From assembly GCA_043228905.1 (NCBI GenBank), contig JBHGNT010000018.1, forward strand, positions 2,790,001 through 2,854,000: 64,000 nucleotides of DNA. Reading direction: 5' to 3'. A program made the position numbers and the translations under genes. This document shows, piece after piece, positions 46,613-60,890 of this stretch (position 1 is the first letter of the stretch; every line of letters begins with the position of its first letter). The notes under the pieces were generated by a model. It saw nothing but the letters and a program-made list of their open reading frames with translations. It did no database searches and was not told the DNA's origin. This DNA comes from Azolla caroliniana. Lineage: Eukaryota; Plantae; Polypodiophyta.

Positions 46613-49215
46613 ACGTACAACATGTCATCCACGTACAGAAGGAGTATCAGGAAATCACCTCCGTCAAATTTCTTCACAAACACGCAGTGATTAGCTTGGG
46701 TTTTGTGGTACCCTTGATCGATCATGAAGGAGTCGAACTTCCGGTACCATTGCCAGGGGGCTTGCTTCAATCCATATAAGCTCTTCTTCATCCAACACAC
46801 CAGGTGCTCCTTCCCTTTCTTCTCAAATCCTTCTAATTGATGCATGTAGATCTCTTCTTCGAGGTTGCCATGTAGGAATGTCGTCTTGACGTCCAGTTGC
46901 TCTACCTCGAGGTCCATGCTTGCCGTTATGCCCAATACCGTCCGGATGGATGTCATCTTTACTACCGGGGCAAAGATCTTGTCGAAATCCACTCCTTTCT
47001 TCTACTGGAACCCCTTCACCACGATCCGGTGTCGTGAAGTACAAAAGATTCACATTAAAAGTCTACAATAAGATAAATATGTAACAAAAATAAAATAAAC
47101 CTTTATGATGTTTTATACATAAAGACAATATTAATAACAGACTATGATAATATTATACAATATATGTAGAGGCAAAAATATATATTATATTACATGGACA
47201 AGAGAGGACTTGAACCAATAAACCCTACCTTATAACACTTTAAGGTTATCATTTAGCCTATACTTATAATTTATAAAATATATGTTAATTTATTTGAAGT
47301 AGTATTTTATAGTCTAAACCATGTAATATAATACATGCACACCATATAGCAAATTACATGGGCAAAAGAGGACTCGAACCAACAACCTTAAACTTACAAC
47401 ATTCAAACCTTACCATTTAGACTATGCTTGTAATGTGTAGAAATATGTGTCTTCTTTTTATTTGAAGTAATATTATATGGTTTAAACCATCAAACGTGCT
47501 ACATGTGCACCATATAGCACACATGCAAGAGCCTCTTTGCATGTGCGCCACATGGCCCACATGTAGAACCATCTCTTCCCTATAAAAGGAGAAGGAAGTC
47601 TAAACAAAAGAAAACCAAGAAATAAGATGGAAATGATTATATTGGATCTAGAGAAAGGTATTCTTAAAAGAGAAAAGAAGAACTAGCTTGGTGGTGGTAG
47701 TCCTCAACTCGCAACGGAAGGGCGGCTTTTGAGTCTTATACTTGTCAAGAGATTGAAGGGAAGACTATGGTCTACCATCAAGAAAGAGAAGAGTGATTAC
47801 CTTGGAGACGATGCTCGTAATCATTTTGTAACTCATTCATCAAATAATTATAAGTTTCTTTCATTCCTTCAAATATCATTCTATATCCCATCTTGTCATA
47901 TCTTGTTGATCTCTATTTACTCTATCTCTACTCTTTCGTCTCTTCCGTCCATAATCCCAGTGATTCCTTCCTCACTTTCACGATATCTTTTGTCTATGCA
48001 ACGGTATGCTTCTAGGCGAGCCACGCCACGACACCGGGCTTTGTATCTTGGTGGATTTCTAGCGTCTCCCAGTTTCACGTAGTTTGTTCCAGAGTGCCCT
48101 CTTTCCTTTCGGCAACTCCGTCAATTTGTATGTGTAGTTCTCATGCAGGGAATCCATCTCGTCCTGCATGGCACTCAACCACTTGCGGGTGTGGGTGTCT
48201 TTCTTTGCTTCTTCGAAGCTTTCCAACTCCCCCTCATCGGTTAGCAATACGTGCTCTGGATCTGAAAATCTCCGGGGGGTTCTTCTCTCTCGGGGAGGAT
48301 ATCTCCGACCTTGTTTTTCGACAACCAATTCCTCTGCCTGTTCCTCATCCGAATATGATTCGGGATCTTGTCCGGTTCTGGTGTCTTCTTCTTCTTCTTC
48401 GGTCAGTTCGGTTTCTTGTCCGAATTCGGCCGGTTCTTCGAGTGACAATCTGTTACCGGCTAACTTTCAGTTTTCAACCGAGTAGGTTCTTGTGTCCTCA
48501 AACCTATTTTCATTGGATGATCCGAAGTTCTTCACCTTCTTCTCCGACTCCAAGTCGGCAATGGTCATGTCTTCCATGAAGACTATATCCTGACTTCAGA
48601 ACACCTTCTTGTCGACCAAGTCCCACACCCGGTACCCGAACTCATCATCGCCATATCCAAGGAATATACATGGCGTGGACTTCGGATCCAGCTTTGCTCT
48701 CTTGTCCTTTGCGACATGCACATATGCGAGACAGCCAAACACCTTTAGATGCTGGTAAGATACATCTTTACCGGTCCATACTTTCTGCGGTGAGTCTCCT
48801 TCCAAGGGTGCCGAGGGTGAGATGTTAATCACGTACGTTGTCATCATTAGCGCCTCAGCCCAAATGTCTTGGGTAACTTTGCATGTGCTAGCATGCTTCA
48901 GACTCTCTTCATTATGGTTTGGTTCATCCGTTCGGCCAGCCCGTTCAACACCGGCGTCTTCAGCACAGTGAATTCGAGTTGGATTCCCTTCGACCGGCAA
49001 TGCTTCTCGAACTGCCCCCGGTATTCTCCTATGTTATCTGCTCGAACCGCCTTCAGCTTCCAACCGGTTTCTCTTTCCACTCTCGTGTGGAGGTCCTTGA
49101 AGACAGACATCACCTGATCCTTTGTCGTCAACGGTGAGACCCACATCTTCCAGCTATGGTCGTCTATGAACATCACGAAGTACTACGATCCGGCATGTGA
49201 CTTTGTGTTGACTTT
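46613..49215 (-). mobile_element. Decayed copia INT-RT fragment E, related to A/D and B
   Basis: FIDDHSWKM...ADNIGEY...HLKVFGCLAYVH...WLSAMQDEMDSL...LLYVDDML. Confidence 0.9.
47030..48033 (+). repeat. AT-rich solo LTR with 4-bp TSD CCGG, containing a ~164-bp tandem duplication
   Basis: TGTCGTG...CACGACA; removing it and one CCGG restores the host copia sequence; TATAAAAGGA at 47581. Confidence 0.88.
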
Positions 49216-52200
49216 CATTCTTAACCGAAGGAGCATCTTCCACGGTTCATTTCATGGTAGTAAACCTCACACTATAAAAAATTTGCCAATAGTGCCTTAC
49301 ATTGCATAAGAGGATCTACCAAACCTAAACCCCCTTGAGAGGTTGGCACTATAATAGTTTTCCAAGCTACCTTCGGTCTAACATTCTTAAAATCAGTAGA
49401 ACCCCATAAGAAATTTCTAATCAACCGTTGTAACTTTGACAACAAAGATCGGGAGAGAATAACCAAGAGGACAGAATATACCACATTGAGGAGTAATACT
49501 TGATTAGAAATAACTAGCCTCCTCGCCAATGATAAACTCTTAGTACTCCAAAATATTAATTTTTTCCTCAAAGAAATCAATAACGGTTGAATATGAGCTT
49601 CTGGGGGAAGATTAATTCCCACTTGACATCCTAAATATCCCACTGGAAATCCTTTTGGTACCCAACAAAATCCAACATCTGGACACCAAGTAGGAGTAAG
49701 ACCTTCCCCAACCCAAAATCCCACTGACTTGTGCCAATTAATAATGGCACATGATGCATCACAGAAATCATGGATCACATTTTGCACATTACAAAGATTT
49801 CTGTCATCTCCTACAACATACAATGTTGTGTCATCTGCAAATTCACAATCTAACCTCCTCCAGACCTAGCCACTGTATACCCTTAATAGATGACTTATTC
49901 TTATACAAGAATGCACTAAAGGCTTCTCCTACGAATAGAAATAAATATGGAGCCAAAGGACATCCTTGTCTCACGGATCTAGTAATTGGAAAATTATTAC
50001 CTAGTGCTCCACCAACAAGAACTCGACTAGATGCTGAAGTATATAATGCAAAAACATCCTTAATATAATATAATCACCTGGAATACCTATACGACCCATA
50101 ACCTCATATAAAAAAATCCAATCGACTTTGTCATAAGCTTTCTCAAAATCCAATTTAAAGCAATATTGCTAAGTCTTGTTTTGTTTCTTCCGCTATTGCT
50201 ATCATCTCCCAAAACATGAAAATATTATCAAAGATACTCCTTTCCTGTATAAAGCCCGTCAGATTCTTATGTATACTATGTGGAAGAAAAGGTTGCAAAC
50301 GAATAGCTAATAATTTAGCATAAACTTTATATACTGTATTTAAAATAGTTATAGGCCTCCATTTCTTAATATCATCCACCACACCTTCTACCTTTGGAAT
50401 CAAATAAATCATTCCTTCATTCCACTCAATAGGCATCCTTCCCAAATGAAAAACCTCTTGTAAAGCGGCTGTGAAAGCATCGGCTATATCATCCCAATAC
50501 TCTAAAAAGAATTCTAGTGATAATCCATCATTTCCTGGGCATACATTCTTCCCAACAGCCACTAGTGCAGCTCTTGCCTCTGTAGAAGAGATTTCCTTTA
50601 CCAATGATTCAGCCATCTCATATGAGACCTTATGTTCCAAAAAATCTAAAACTTTTTTTCTTTTTTGAATTTGTTGATCCGAAAATTGTTGGGTTGTAAG
50701 TAGATTTTTATAAAAGGTCGTGGCAATGTCCCTCATTTCATTCGTGTCCTTTGTAATAGACCCATCTTCCCTTTGTAGCTGTCTCATACAATTACCTAAA
50801 TGAACACCTTTATGATGTGCGAAAAAATCAGAATTCACATTCTCAGCTAATCAAGTCCACTTTGCAACAATAGCATGAAACTTTGTTTGAAATATCTTGT
50901 CTTCTAAACATATTAATTCATTTCTTATGTGACCCAACTCCAATTCAACCCAAGCTGCATGTGGGCATTTTTCCTGAAAATGTTGAAGAGACCTCAAAGC
51001 CCTCCTATTAGCAGCCATTCTCAACTTACATTGCTCCACGGTCTTACATACTTTCAATCTCAAAAATTTCGAAGTACCTTGAATAGCAGAGTTGACCCTT
51101 TGCAAGACATTTATAACAGATGTATTTTGCCATTTCCACATCTATAAAATATCATGCCTAAAGGATGTATCCAAATAAATCCATTTCGGAATACAACCAC
51201 AACTATTGTTATGATATGGTTGTTTTCCAACCACCATAATCACAGGTGCATGATCAGAGAACAAAGATCCTGATATAATACCAATTTCCCCACCCTTTCT
51301 GACAAAAAAATCATCAATGTATATTCTGTACAAACGAGATAGATTTACCCCTTGTTGTCTTCTATCTTATCAAGAGAAATTTAATGAATCTTTTAACCGA
51401 CCAAAAGATGTAACATGCCATGCATCTTGCAATCTGAATGATAAACATAAGCGTTCCCAAGTTACCAACTCAGTTGCACCTATCAAAGCATAAGAGCCTC
51501 CAATCCTATCACTGAAATCCTCGATCATAGTAAAATCACCTACCATACACCAATGATCCACTAGCGGTAAATCCGATCCTATCTTAAACCAAAATTCCTT
51601 TCTAACCCCTCCTGCATTTGGAGCATAAATATTAAGAAAGCCCAACTTAAGGTCTGAGACCATTAAGATGATATATTGAGCTCTTCCCTCAACCAATATA
51701 CGACAATCTAACACCTATTGACTCCATTTCTCTACTAAGGCTGTACATAAACCTCCATGTTTATTTTGATTGCCAATCACAGGAATCCAATAGTATTTCC
51801 AATTTCCTTTTAACATATTCCCATATGTATCTATTCACTTATCCGATAGATGAGTTTCTTGTAAACATATCATAGCACAAACTCCCACATTAAACTTATG
51901 CAACTCTTGACGGATTCTACCCTTAAATTTCTTACTAAGAGCCCCTCCAAGCCCTTGAACATTCCATGACAAATTTTGGAATTTATTCATAGCTTAACAA
52001 AAGTTGCTTACTAACCTTAGTTCTCCCATCCATTGTTGACTTTTTAAACTTGCAATCCTTATTGCTTATTTTCAATCCCTTGAGGGACATCTTATTTGAG
52101 TATGAAACCATACTATGTTTCTTTGCATGATGCATGAATCGATTAATCATAATATTTCTATCCACTACTTTATTAAGAGTACTATGTACAATTGCCGCAT

Positions 52201-53080
52201 TTGTTTCTTGATTAATGTGGTGATTAGAATTAAACCCACTTTCAAGATATTTGGCTTTCGACCTAGTTATATGCCCATTGTAGTTATGGGTATTCTCCCT
52301 TGACGAGTGACAAATTTTAGCACTCACAATTTGTAACAAGTAACCTCTTCCCCACTTTTTTCCACATTAGAGTCTCCCTTAAGGATTGTGTGACTTAATT
52401 TTCCTCATATACAACTAATGGCAAGGTTTCATCTCCCTTCATCCCTAAACCTTCATCATCATGCATCAAGGTATGATTATCCTTGGGATGAGCCTCGCCC
52501 ACCAAAGAGTCTAATAAATTATTACCTCTTATGTTCATTGAAGAATTAGAAAGGTCAAGATCTATAATATGCTCCATATTATTTTTATGTTTGGTAATTG
52601 AAGCTCCATCTACCTCCTCAACCAAGATAGCATCTCGTGGTAGTGTTTGTCTGAGATTACCAATTGGTTCAAATCTATTTCCTATTGGCACCCATTTATT
52701 GGAAAGGTTCACATTCTTTGCAAAAAGGCCTTTTCCCTTTCTCACCATAGTCCAATCCTCCTCTCCTTTGGTAGCCCCCTTTTCCTTAAATGTTTCATTA
52801 CTATTCCCATGTGACGCATTCTACCACGTACAATCTTTTGCCATATTCCCAATTTGCCAACATTTAAAGCATTGATTTGGCAATCCAGCATATGTAATAT
52901 TTTGCACTTGCACTTTGCTGCCAATCAATGGCAGCAATCGAATTGACGAGGGAAGAACCATATTACTATGACCTAACAACCTCACTATTGGTGTATTTTG
53001 ATTTTTTGCATTAAACCTCTCAATTTCTACATCCTCATCCAGAATTTTGAATTATTACGAAACTTGAGCTCAAGGCACTT
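49216..53080 (-). mobile_element. Decayed L1-type LINE: ORF1 remnant with zinc knuckle; ORF2 APE endonuclease and RT (ATG 51990); 3' truncated
   Basis: YAGLPNQCFKCWQIGNMAKDC; LSWNVQGL, CLQETH, NIYAPN, SDHAPV; WRPITILN, DFEKAYD, VRQGCPLAP, FADD. Confidence 0.92.
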
Positions 53081-53439
53081 TTCTCCCATGGCACCCGCTG
53101 CATCACATTACTAGTGAGAAAACCCCATTTTCAAATTTATGGTCCATGTTTTTTATGCCCATCTCTTTAATTGTTATTTTCATAATTTCCTCTCTTCAAT
53201 TGTTATATCTTCCTCAAATGTATTTGAGCTTGAGTACTTGGCCTCAGGGTGCTTGTTATTGAGTATTATCTATAATTAAGGAATATAATTTTAACAATAA
53301 CCTTTGTGCCTTTTTCCGTGCTCCAACAAAGGAATGTATTGGACAAAGATGGGTTCACCCCATACTAATAGTGGGCTTAACAAAAGAGGACAAGTTGATA
53401 AATAACTTGATCGACAAGCTCACTTTTTCAAGGTGGGTG

Positions 53440-53570
53440 GTTCACATACTCTACAACAACGTCGTCAAAAGAGAGGAACTTTCTTTGAATATTACAAAGG
53501 AGACAAATTGGTAGACATCATTTGCAAGGAAACTCATTGGTGACTCACATATATGCCCAATAACTAATGG
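53440..53570 (+). mobile_element. Possible very old copia RNase H remnant
   Basis: Weak translation VVKREELSL...DKLVDIICK resembling the copia RNase H C-terminus. Confidence 0.3.
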
Positions 53571-56500
53571 CCATATTCCCTAATGAAAGGCATATTAACT
53601 AGTTTCCTAGCCCAAGTCTCAATCAATACATGTAATCCCAAAGAGAAACAACTATGAAAGCACACTTGAGGTTGTGCAATCTCAACCTCAATGTTGATTG
53701 ACGGTGGGTTCAATAATTGCCGCAACATGCCAAGTGTTGATGGTGAAAGAGGAATCAATAGTAAGGAGGCAAGCATGAGTAGGAACAAGCCCTTATATGT
53801 AAGCTAGGAGAAGGAAGGGAATAAAGTAGGATAATACAATGGAAAATGAGAACTACATAAAGACCCACAATTTGAGGATATTTGAATGGACTTATGATAA
53901 ATCTATAGCTAGAATGTGTCCTAGATAGAGCATTGTCAACATTAGTAGGCTATAGTACAATATAAGTAAACTTGGTATGCCCAAAAGATATTGTTTGTTG
54001 ATAACAAGTAATAAAATAATGTCATTGTCTACATTATCTGTTTGTTTAAAGAGAGATAGAACGATAGCTAGATGGACAGACATGCTAGTAGATAGATAGA
54101 TAGATGCCTTTTTAACATCCATTGGAGACCAATTATGATAAGAGAGTGTGTGTGCGTGTGTGTGTAAGGACATTTGTGCTTGTGAGAAGAGAACATCCGA
54201 ATCTAGAAAATACGTTGTGTAGTTCGAAAGGACATCCTTGCAAGTTGTGAGATGTGGCCCTACATTCTAAGTAATTGACAATCTCTTGTTGTGATTGACG
54301 ACTTGTTCTGATGTTTTGTTCCAACACAAAAACAACAATGTAATATTATTGACATTTCTTCTAGTAAATATACTAACCACAATTCTAGTCATCTATAGAG
54401 ATGTCAAAACGTCCATATGCTAGTGACAAAATTAAACCTAATATGTTATAACTTTGCCATTTTATTAATGTATAGAGCTTTAAAATGGTGAATTCCTATT
54501 GTTATTTGAAATTGGAAGAAGAATACGTAATCATTAATACTTTTTACAGAAATAAGAGGAAAATTTAAATGACAAAAGTGACTTGTTGTGGACAAAAGGA
54601 GGTGAATCAAGTTTCATGCCATATACAAAGATGTAGTCATACTTTGGATAAAAACTCATATACATGGACATGACCGATATTCAACAATCAATGCCATGTA
54701 AATTCCATGTAAGCCAATAAGATCACAAATGCATTCACTTGTGGATGGTATATACTAACACAGAAGTAGGATGACATATCCTCAATAGAGTTTTTGTAAG
54801 TGTGATAACTTCAAGTGTATATATATCCACAATCCTTTTTTTTAGTACCAATCAATGACATTCAAAAAGTTATTCATTTTAGACAATGCCATTTGAGACT
54901 ACACATGTTTGTATGTGTCCTAAATCACTAAAGTATGTATAAGGTCATTTTTCTAATCCTTATCATTGCTATAGTAAACCAAATTTGGGTTGCCTTACAA
55001 GTATTCAAACTCAAAAGAACTTTAAAACATTCAACTTTATCAACAGACAACAATACGTACATAAACACTATTCGTTGAAATTTCATTTATCATATTAATG
55101 TGATTTGGGAACTCACAAAAAAAAGGTTCATTCAATGGGAAATTTGTGAATGGCATGGATAAGAAACTTTTTGAACATTGGCTGCGGGATCCACTTTTCA
55201 CCCAAAAAATTGACATTATTGTTGGGTACACATTTGATAATTAATGGTTGTCCTTAATTAGATGACTTATCTTGCAACCAATATGTTAATTAGATCTATT
55301 TGGTACCAAGTAAAAAGTATAGCAAACATTTGATTAACAATGATCATTACACCATATAACCAATTTATATATATCCTACTACACAGACTGACTACCTTAA
55401 AACATGGTTTGGGTCTCACAATTCATATTATAGTTACTTGTAGAGTTTTGGAATTGTTTAGCTTGTTTTACTTCTTCTATATATGAATGTTTTTGTATAG
55501 AGCATTGACAGATTTTAATATGAAATAATGATCAAATTTGACATCTAAAACAATATCCAACTAAGGTCGAAAAGTTTGTCTAGAAAGAACACTACATATT
55601 TTGCATGGTTTGAAAGATACTATGTGCTTCCAAATTATCTCTTGTTGAAGTTATTAAAGTTTTAAAGGTTTGAAAAATGTATCCTCACTTTCATAAGTAT
55701 GCATCACGAGTCCTTGTTTAACCCAATGGCCTACATGTTTCAAAAAGAATGTCAATTATAGGCTTATCATTGGAGCCTTTCATACTCTTTTCTATGCATT
55801 AAAAGATGGCATTCAATATGATGCCCATCGAGAACTCTCTTCTGCTTCCTTACATGATGATGAGAATGGTTAGATAATTTAAGGAAGTTTTCTTTTGTCT
55901 CAACAATTAATTGCTCTATTCAAAAACTAAGGAATCTCATGATGTGGCCCTTGCTCCATTGTGGGGGGGAATGCAAACCTATCAAATTGATATATAGAGT
56001 GAGAAAATCTCCCAAAGCAAGTATTAGTACGTCATTCTTTTCATTCCCATATGCTTTAAAGTAGTCTTACAATAACTTTATAACCTCAAGCTTCACACCA
56101 ATGTGAGCAATTCCTAAAGGATAATGGCCTCACTTAAATAATAGTGAGAAAATCTAAATGTAGGCATGTGATTTAATTGATCAGATAATCGTATCTCTTA
56201 TGTACAAAAGAAAAACATGTGTACATCAATTGATTGCATGACAACATTATTTGATTCTTTTATGCAGGGGTTTTGATATTTTGATGAATATTAAAAACAT
56301 GATCGTAATGTTGGTACTACATGTTTATGAGTAACAACAATCTCTTAGTATGTTGATACAAATGTGATAGAAAATATGCATGATTTGTATATCCAATTAA
56401 TCTACTCATTTTCCCCCCTTGATAAATTGATATAATTGTGTTTGACAAATATCGAGCAAATCTAGTCTAACTTTTCTCTTTTAAAACATGTTGATAGAAA

Positions 56501-59435
56501 ATGAAACCCTTGTATGAGATTATTCGCCTCAACATTTTTATTTGAAAAAATAAAATTTAGAATATGGTATGGTCCACCAAGGGAAAGAGCTCACCGAAGA
56601 TTCCCACCCGAGCGCACAATGTGGTCCTCACAACGATATCATGAATTTTGCACCAATAAATAAATATAAGAGATGTATGTAGCTGCAAGTTTCTAGGTGT
56701 TGTTCCGTCATCAATAATTTTCAATCTGAACAACTTCCATCAAAAGGCCACCATACAAATAGAGGATGCAATAATTCCAAGGTTTGGTACAAAGAAAGAA
56801 CGAACGTTTCAACATCATGACTCGCTATTGTTACCACACGCAAAGGTTTAGAAAGCGACAAGTACTTGACTTTGTTGCGTACATCTCATTGTCTTGTTGA
56901 CACATCTTTCTTGTTGGAAGAATAAAAGAAAAATTACGCCTTGATTAGACGTTCAATGTTCTCATAATGAATTATATGATTAAATAAGACTTTCATGTCA
57001 TGATATAATCCTTTAAAAAGGCAAGAAACGTGTGTAGGTGTTTGTGTGTGTGTGAGAGAGAGAGAGCTTTTGAAAGAGAATAACATGAGAAAGAAGGGTC
57101 ACCTTTTCATTTTTATAGTTAGTTGCTCATGCAAACGGAGCCTTATGAATGAAAAGAGGGGACAAGAAGATGGGCATCTAATAAGGAAGCTTGAACTCTA
57201 TATTTTCTAAAGATGTATTTTTCCATGAGAAGACGACAAGCATGCTTTATAAATTGAGATCATGCGCTACTTTTAACCATAGCCATAATGGCGCGATTTC
57301 AGAAAACAATAAAAGGATTCCTTGAACACACCTTTGCCAAGCTGGAAAGTTGATCGAATACATGCATACGTATGTTCGAGGGTATTAATGCGGTATGTTC
57401 TCGTTTATTTAAGTTGAACAAACATACATGAGCCACATAAAAGTGTGTGCGTTTCTATCATTTGCTAATGAGCAAGGTGGGATAGAATGATCAACTACTT
57501 TCCTTTTATTTGCAATCCACGTGATCCTTGGTTATACATAAATTTGTTTGTGTGATTAAAATTACCTTTACTTGTATGTATGTGATATTGCAGATGGTCA
57601 AGAAAGCCGAATACAAAATGAGGTAGATGCATTGCATATTCAGAGGCAGCCATATATTTGCATCGATTGCTTTAATTGCATTGACAAGTACATTGAACCG
57701 TCTTTCTTTATGGAAACAAGGTCTTATCAATGCATGTAGAAAACCAAACTTGTTAAGAAAATTCGAAACAAGTGTAGAGTTATTCTTACATTTGAATACT
57801 ATTGTGGACAAATTTATTGTTTCAATCATGTTATTCTGCTAAATAGGATCGAATGCCAAAATAATATAAGAAAACGGAAGCACGAATGCTAACAATTTGA
57901 TACTTTTTCCTCTCTTGAACCAAACTTTTTTTCTCGCCCTCAAACCACCCATGAGTCATACCTTTGTTTGTCTCATCAATCGAAATCATCGAAACCAAAT
58001 GGTTGTGCATGTTATGGGTATGCGGTCAATTTATGGGAAAGGACAAATTGCTTGTAAGGGTAACACAAGGGGGATCAAATTCCTAGGTAGAAAAAGGTCA
58101 TATGATATGTATCGAAGCAAAGTTCAGGAGATTATTGATAAAATAATTTAACAAAACAGGAATAAATGGCTTTAGCTTCACCTTTGCATATTCATTGTCA
58201 TGATGATACTCAAACAAGTACCCATGAAAAGGCAATAGGAAACACAACCACCTTCACTGTCATTTTTAATATTTCGTCTTCTTCTTCTTTGTCATATGTG
58301 TGGGAGCTTGGATCAAATTGCACAAATCACATTAGGATTCAATGAATTTTTTTCCACTTTATCTTTTCGAGGCCTCTCTTGTCTTTTTCTTTCGAGAACG
58401 CTCCTCCCTATCTCTTCTCAATGAGCTTACCAAACCCCATTGCTCTCGGCTTAAGACATGTCAACCCATCACCCCCCAATGTTAACACGATTTTCCGTAA
58501 CATTTTCCTCACCATACCACACTACACACAAATCTCTAGCTCAATATACTCGACAATTGTGTCAAGCGCAAGAGGGTCAATATATATATATATATATACA
58601 TCTCCACCTATGTGTCGGTGTCAATGACATGCAGCTATTGACAAACAAATACTGCATGAGGCAAAATATTTGCTATTAGACCAAATGTTGATGGGTTGAA
58701 ACTGATGGTAGCGAGAAAAAAAATGCATGTCAACATAGCATATAATTTTAGCAAGGGTGACCAACTTAGTCTTCAGGAAATTGGCCACCGACGTCCCATG
58801 AGAAAAATGCATGTTTTTTTGGATGTCTCTATTCTTGACCTCAAATTTTGTCACTATCGCTATTTTTAGAATCATTGTCATCATTCTCTTTTGGGCCTCA
58901 AAACACGACTTTGCAATTAGTTTATTAATATTATTATCGAAATTTATATTCGTCATATTCTTTTGAAGTGCGTCAAAAACCTTTTTATCATGTGAATGTT
59001 AACATTACTAAATGTCGGCGAAAAATCCTCATAATACTTTGGGGGAGGGGGGGGGGGGGGGGGGGAGGAGCCATTTCTTTTATCATCCCCAAATACTCCT
59101 TGCTTCTTGTTATTTCACCAAAAGGCCAATTGGTTCAAAATCCCCCCTCCCTCTTTCCCCTTCCCTCGAGCAACGATTTTCACAACATAACTTAAATTCC
59201 AACAGAAATTTATCCAAATGCCGCACAAGTTTTTCTCTATCTCATCAAACGGCCATAAGTTCTTGTCATTTTCGCCCCTTGGTTGTCACTCTCCGGTGCT
59301 TTCCGGCTACAGTCATACATACTATACATACATGGTAGTTGAATCACCATCCGAACCAAAAGTAAAAGAGGTTCCCTTATATGTGCCATTATGAACGAAT
59401 CTCATGTGGCTAAAAAGAAGGCATAGATCTGAACC

Positions 59436-59768
59436 CACCCCTTCCAACGTGTCTCAAAATGATATGGTTCTGTTATTCGAGCAAATTAAGACCTAAAATT
59501 ATATTCATTTCGCTGCCCCTCCCTCCCATGTGTCTCAAAAATGATATGGTTCCTCTGTTATTTTGAGCAATTTATAACCTAAATTATTCTCATTTCATCA
59601 CTCCCTCCCCTCCCCAAAATTATAACCTAAATTGCACGAATTATAAGTTCCTAAATTATACTCGTTTCATCGACCCCCTCTTCCCAAGTGTCTCAAAACA
59701 ATATGGTTATGTCACTTGAGCAAATTATAGCCTAAATTATACTCTTTTCATTTGCACTCCCCCCCCCC
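59436..59768. repeat. Degenerate ~90-bp tandem repeat (3 units plus a partial)
   Basis: Recurring GTGTCTCAAAA...ATATGGTT...GAGCAA...CCTAAA...CCC. Confidence 0.8.
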
Positions 59769-59778
59769 TTCATGATCC

Positions 59779-60180
59779 TCTCTCTCTCTCTCTCTTTCTC
59801 TCTCTCACACACACACACAAACACATTATGGGGCCTTCTGGAATTGAGCAAAGCTCAAGGGCATCTATGGTGGAAATAAGCAAAACATGGGGGGGGGGGT
59901 TACTCATTCTTTTTTCTTCATAAAACCAAAAAAAAGGAATAAATAAGAAATAAGAAATAAGAAATAAGAAATAAGAAATGAGAAATAAGAAATAAGAAAT
60001 AAATGGTAAATAAATAAATAATACATAAATAAATGGTAAATAATAAATAATAAATAATAAATAATAAATAATAAATAATAAATAAATGGTAAATATATAA
60101 ATAATACATAAATAAATGGGAAATAATAAATAATAAATAATAAATAAATGGTAAATAATAAATAATAAATAATAAATATA
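59779..60180. repeat. Simple-repeat block: (CT)n/(CA)n, (AAATAAG)n, (AAATAAT)n
   Basis: Directly visible. Confidence 0.9.
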
Positions 60181-60799
60181 TTTTTTTCCCCGTATTCTCA
60201 AAGTTTGTATGATTCTTTTTCAAGAAAAAACAAAGACAAAGAAAAGAAAAGGCAGGAACAGAGAAGGAAAAACAGAGGGAGGTGGGAAGAGAATGATTTC
60301 CTTTTCTTAGTTTAAATCCTCTTAGAGAAAAACAGGAGAAAAGAGTAAAAAGACAAACAGACAGACAGACAGAGCTTCCATGGAAGCTTTGTAGGAGCAT
60401 TTAGAATACTCTGTTCTATTTTTGTTGCTTTATTTCTGCGGGCCCTCTCCCCTTGAGAAACCTTTTTCTTTCTCTGCATACAACCCCATTAGAAGTAAAA
60501 GAAAAAGAAAACAAAAAACAAACAAAACAGAAAAAATTAGAAGACAATAAAATATTTGTAGGAAGCTTTGCTTCAGAGCAATATGTTTTATACCTCAGTT
60601 TTTTATTTATTTTTAATTAGCTTCAATCAAATCAATCAAAAAGTTTCAAAACTTTACGCTCTCTCTTTTTTTTTCGCTGTTATTTTCCAACAACAAAAAG
60701 ATTAAAACAAAAAGAAATATCATTATCTTCCTGTATTTTTCCTTTTATTTCTTTGGTGTGTCAAAACCATGTGCACACAATTAGTAATGCCCATTTCTT

Positions 60800-60890
60800 C
60801 ATGAGAATGAGAATGATGATGAGAGAGGAGGAGGAGGAGGAGGAGGAAGAAGAAGAAAAAGAAGAAGAATGATGATGATGATGATAAAGA
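60800..60890. repeat. Compound (GAG)n(GAA)n(GAT)n microsatellite, possibly in the 5' leader of the BEL gene
   Basis: Directly visible; followed by a candidate donor CAG/GTATCC at 60942. Confidence 0.7.

Noticed and set aside
46444-46992. 182-aa ORF as a novel gene
   Set aside because: Chance in-frame fusion of copia RT and Tcn1-like protease fragments.
57400-57900. Possible hAT transposase remnant on the minus strand
   Set aside because: Only faint motif hints, no terminal inverted repeats seen; needs a translated HMM search.
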